NCBI GenBank assembly: GCA_023461075.1
Contig: JAEWNY010000028.1
Coordinates: forward strand, 40,076 to 104,075
Origin: Pseudomonadota bacterium
GTDB taxonomy: Bacteria > Pseudomonadota > Gammaproteobacteria > Xanthomonadales > Xanthomonadaceae
DNA: 64,000 nucleotides
Direction of reading: 5' to 3'
A program made the translations under genes and the position numbers. Shown here piece after piece: positions 61,171 through 64,000 of the stretch; position 1 is the stretch's first letter; every line of letters starts with the position of its first letter. The notes under the pieces are model-generated. The model ran no database searches and was not told where the DNA came from. It saw only the letters and a list, made by a program, of their open reading frames with translations.

Positions 61171-61587
61171 TCAATACCCCGGATGGATCGGCAGTGGCCG
61201 GGTGCGGTCCAGGCCCAACCCGTATTTCAGGCTTTGGGCGATGCGTTGGGCGTAGGCGTAGAGGACCTGCGCCTTGTCCTCACCCAGCTCCGTGCGCGCG
61301 GTCTCCAGCCACAGGTGCAGCCAGTGGCCGAAGTGAGCCTCGATTATCGGATGCGGGCGATGCGCAGCCATCGGGTTGCCGCGGTATTCGCGCGTACCCA
61401 GTGCAACCGACGCCCAGAACCGCACCAGCGTCGCCTTGTGCTCAGGCCAGTCGTGCACCGCGGGGTTGAAGATCGGCCCGAGGACGGCATCGACCTGCAC
61501 CTTGTCGTAGAACGCATCGACCAGATGGACGATGTCGTCGCGGCAGAGTGCATTCGATGACGGCTGGGCTTCGGGCGTTTCACTCAT
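61171..61587 (-). CDS. Group III truncated hemoglobin
   Basis: [42 protein letters not shown]. Confidence 0.9.
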   Translation of the reverse strand: MSETPEAQPSSNALCRDDIVHLVDAFYDKVQVDAVLGPIFNPAVHDWPEHKATLVRFWASVALGTREYRGNPMAAHRPHPIIEAHFGHWLHLWLETARTELGEDKAQVLYAYAQRIAQSLKYGLGLDRTRPLPIHPGY

Positions 61588-61641
61588 GCCGGCATTGTCG
61601 GTCGCGCGGGCTGTCGGGTCGCTGACTTCCATCAAGCATCA

Positions 61642-61672
61642 GAAGGAAGCCCCGCACGCGGCGGGGCTTTTC
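61642..61672. terminator. Hairpin/terminator downstream of gap
   Basis: AAGCCCCGC-ACGCG-GCGGGGCTT. Confidence 0.65.
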
Positions 61673-61692
61673 TATTGAGATGCGGCTTCGGC

Positions 61693-62742
<1,050 letters not shown>

Positions 62743-62795
62743 TTAACGATTTCAGCGGGGCTTCTCGCCCCTATTCAGCTAAATTTAACGAAATA

Positions 62796-62809
62796 TTGAT
62801 AATTATCAA
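62796..62809. promoter_or_regulatory. Perfect FNR/Anr box
   Basis: TTGAT-AATT-ATCAA; centre about -41.5 from a start implied by -10 GAGAAT (62832-62837) toward ompW. Confidence 0.8.
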
Positions 62810-62875
62810 ACGACTGTTTCAAACCCGAGCCGAGAATTCCCCTGTCCGGTTCATCCATCCCATCAGGAGAATTCC

Positions 62876-63496
62876 ATGATCCGCAAGCTCGCCCCGCTGG
62901 CCGCCGCCATCGCCCTCCTCGTCGCCCCGACCGCGTTCGCGCAATCCAAGGGTGACTTCACCGTCGGCATCGGTGGCCACAACGTCAAGCCTACGTCCGA
63001 CAACGGCGCCTTGGCCGGCGGCACGCTGCCCGTCGAAGTCGGCGACAACGTCCGCCCGACCATCACCGGCGAGTACTTCATCGCCGACAACCTGGGCTTA
63101 GAGGTCATTGCCGCCCTGCCCTTCAAGCATGACATCGACATCAAGGGGCTAGGCCGCATCGGCGAGACCAAGCACCTGCCGCCGACCGTCAGCCTGCAGT
63201 ATCACTTCGGCGCACCCGACGCGACCGTCAAGCCGTTCGTCGGCGCCGGCGTCAACTACACCTGGTTCTACAGCGAGAAGACCGAGGGTCCGCTGGCCGG
63301 CACCGAGTTGAAGCTGTCCAACTCGTGGGGCGCCGCCCTGCACGCCGGTATCGATTTCAAGGTCGGCAACGGCGCGATCCGCATCGATGCGCGCAAGATC
63401 GACATCGACACCGATGCGCGCCTGAACGGCACCAAGCTCGGCACCGTCAACATCGACCCGATCGTGTACGGTGCTGCCTACGTGATCAAGTTCTGA
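62876..63496 (+). CDS. ompW: Outer membrane protein OmpW
   Basis: Signal peptide; KHLPPTVSLQYHF, PFVGAGVNYT, terminal Phe. Confidence 0.93.
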   Translation: MIRKLAPLAAAIALLVAPTAFAQSKGDFTVGIGGHNVKPTSDNGALAGGTLPVEVGDNVRPTITGEYFIADNLGLEVIAALPFKHDIDIKGLGRIGETKHLPPTVSLQYHFGAPDATVKPFVGAGVNYTWFYSEKTEGPLAGTELKLSNSWGAALHAGIDFKVGNGAIRIDARKIDIDTDARLNGTKLGTVNIDPIVYGAAYVIKF

Positions 63497-63521
63497 TCGA
63501 AGCGACATCGCGATCGACTCC

Positions 63522-63556
63522 AGGCCATGCCGGTATCCTGCCGGCATGGCCTTTTC
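63522..63556 (+). terminator. ompW terminator hairpin
   Basis: AGGCCATGCCGG-TATCCTG-CCGGCATGGCCT then TTTC. Confidence 0.75.
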
Positions 63557-64000
63557 ATTTGCGGCGACTCCATTGACAGCGAAGATATGGCGATGCGGCT
63601 TCATCGCGCTGGTGTTGCTGTGCACCGCGCTGCCCGCCTTCGGCTGGGGGCCGCAGGGGCATCGCCTGGTCGCCCGGCTGGCCGATCAGGAACTGACGCC
63701 CGCTTCCCGCGCCGAGGTTGCGCGTCTGCTTGCGGGTGAGTCTGACCCGACGCTGGCCGGCGTCGCCAACTGGGCCGACGACATCCGCGACAACGATGCC
63801 GCCTTGTACAGGCGCACCGCGCGCTGGCATTTCGTCAACATCGCCGAACGCGGCTGCAACTACCAGGCACGACGCGATTGCCGCGGCGACGATTGCGTGG
63901 TCGAGGCGATCCGCCGCCAGGCCGCCATCCTTGTCGATCGTCGCCAACCGCTGGCCGCGCGCCGTGATGCGCTCAAGTTCGTCGTGCACTTCGTCGGCGA
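63546..64000 (+). CDS. S1/P1 nuclease (3' end runs off the window)
   Basis: Translated by hand: signal peptide then WGPQGHRLVA, ANWADDIR, RWHFVN, ALKFVVHFVG; alternative TTG start at 63573. Confidence 0.9.
   Translation, partial: MAFSFAATPLTAKIWRCGFIALVLLCTALPAFGWGPQGHRLVARLADQELTPASRAEVARLLAGESDPTLAGVANWADDIRDNDAALYRRTARWHFVNIAERGCNYQARRDCRGDDCVVEAIRRQAAILVDRRQPLAARRDALKFVVHFVG

Overview
High-GC gammaproteobacterial chromosome segment. Gene content and order (thiS-thiG-trmB-SLC13, colRS-like pair beside rimK and tRNA-Gly, gap-pgk-HAD-pyk-class I aldolase, Lys/Ala-rich histone-like gene) point to Xanthomonadaceae/Lysobacteraceae (inference). It is essentially core genome: about 58 CDS, tRNA-Gly(CCC), a yybP-ykoY (Mn2+) riboswitch, an SAH riboswitch and many intrinsic terminators. 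I saw no transposase, integrase, prophage, CRISPR array or defence island. The most interesting signals are regulatory: (1) four 11-bp-phased Pho-box-like repeats before a coupled OlsF-like amino-lipid synthase and PlcP-like phospholipase; (2) a near-consensus CRP/Clp site at class II position before a membrane diguanylate cyclase; (3) a consensus sigma70 promoter about 300 nt upstream of a histone H1-like gene, with a possible 81-codon uORF; (4) a shared operator before metK and ahcY, stacked on the SAH riboswitch at ahcY; (5) a perfect FNR box between gap and ompW; (6) at least eight genes with leaderless architecture; (7) a frameshifted gene relic before dusB. Start codons were reassigned by eye where the ORF track over-extends. 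All regulator assignments are motif-based predictions.
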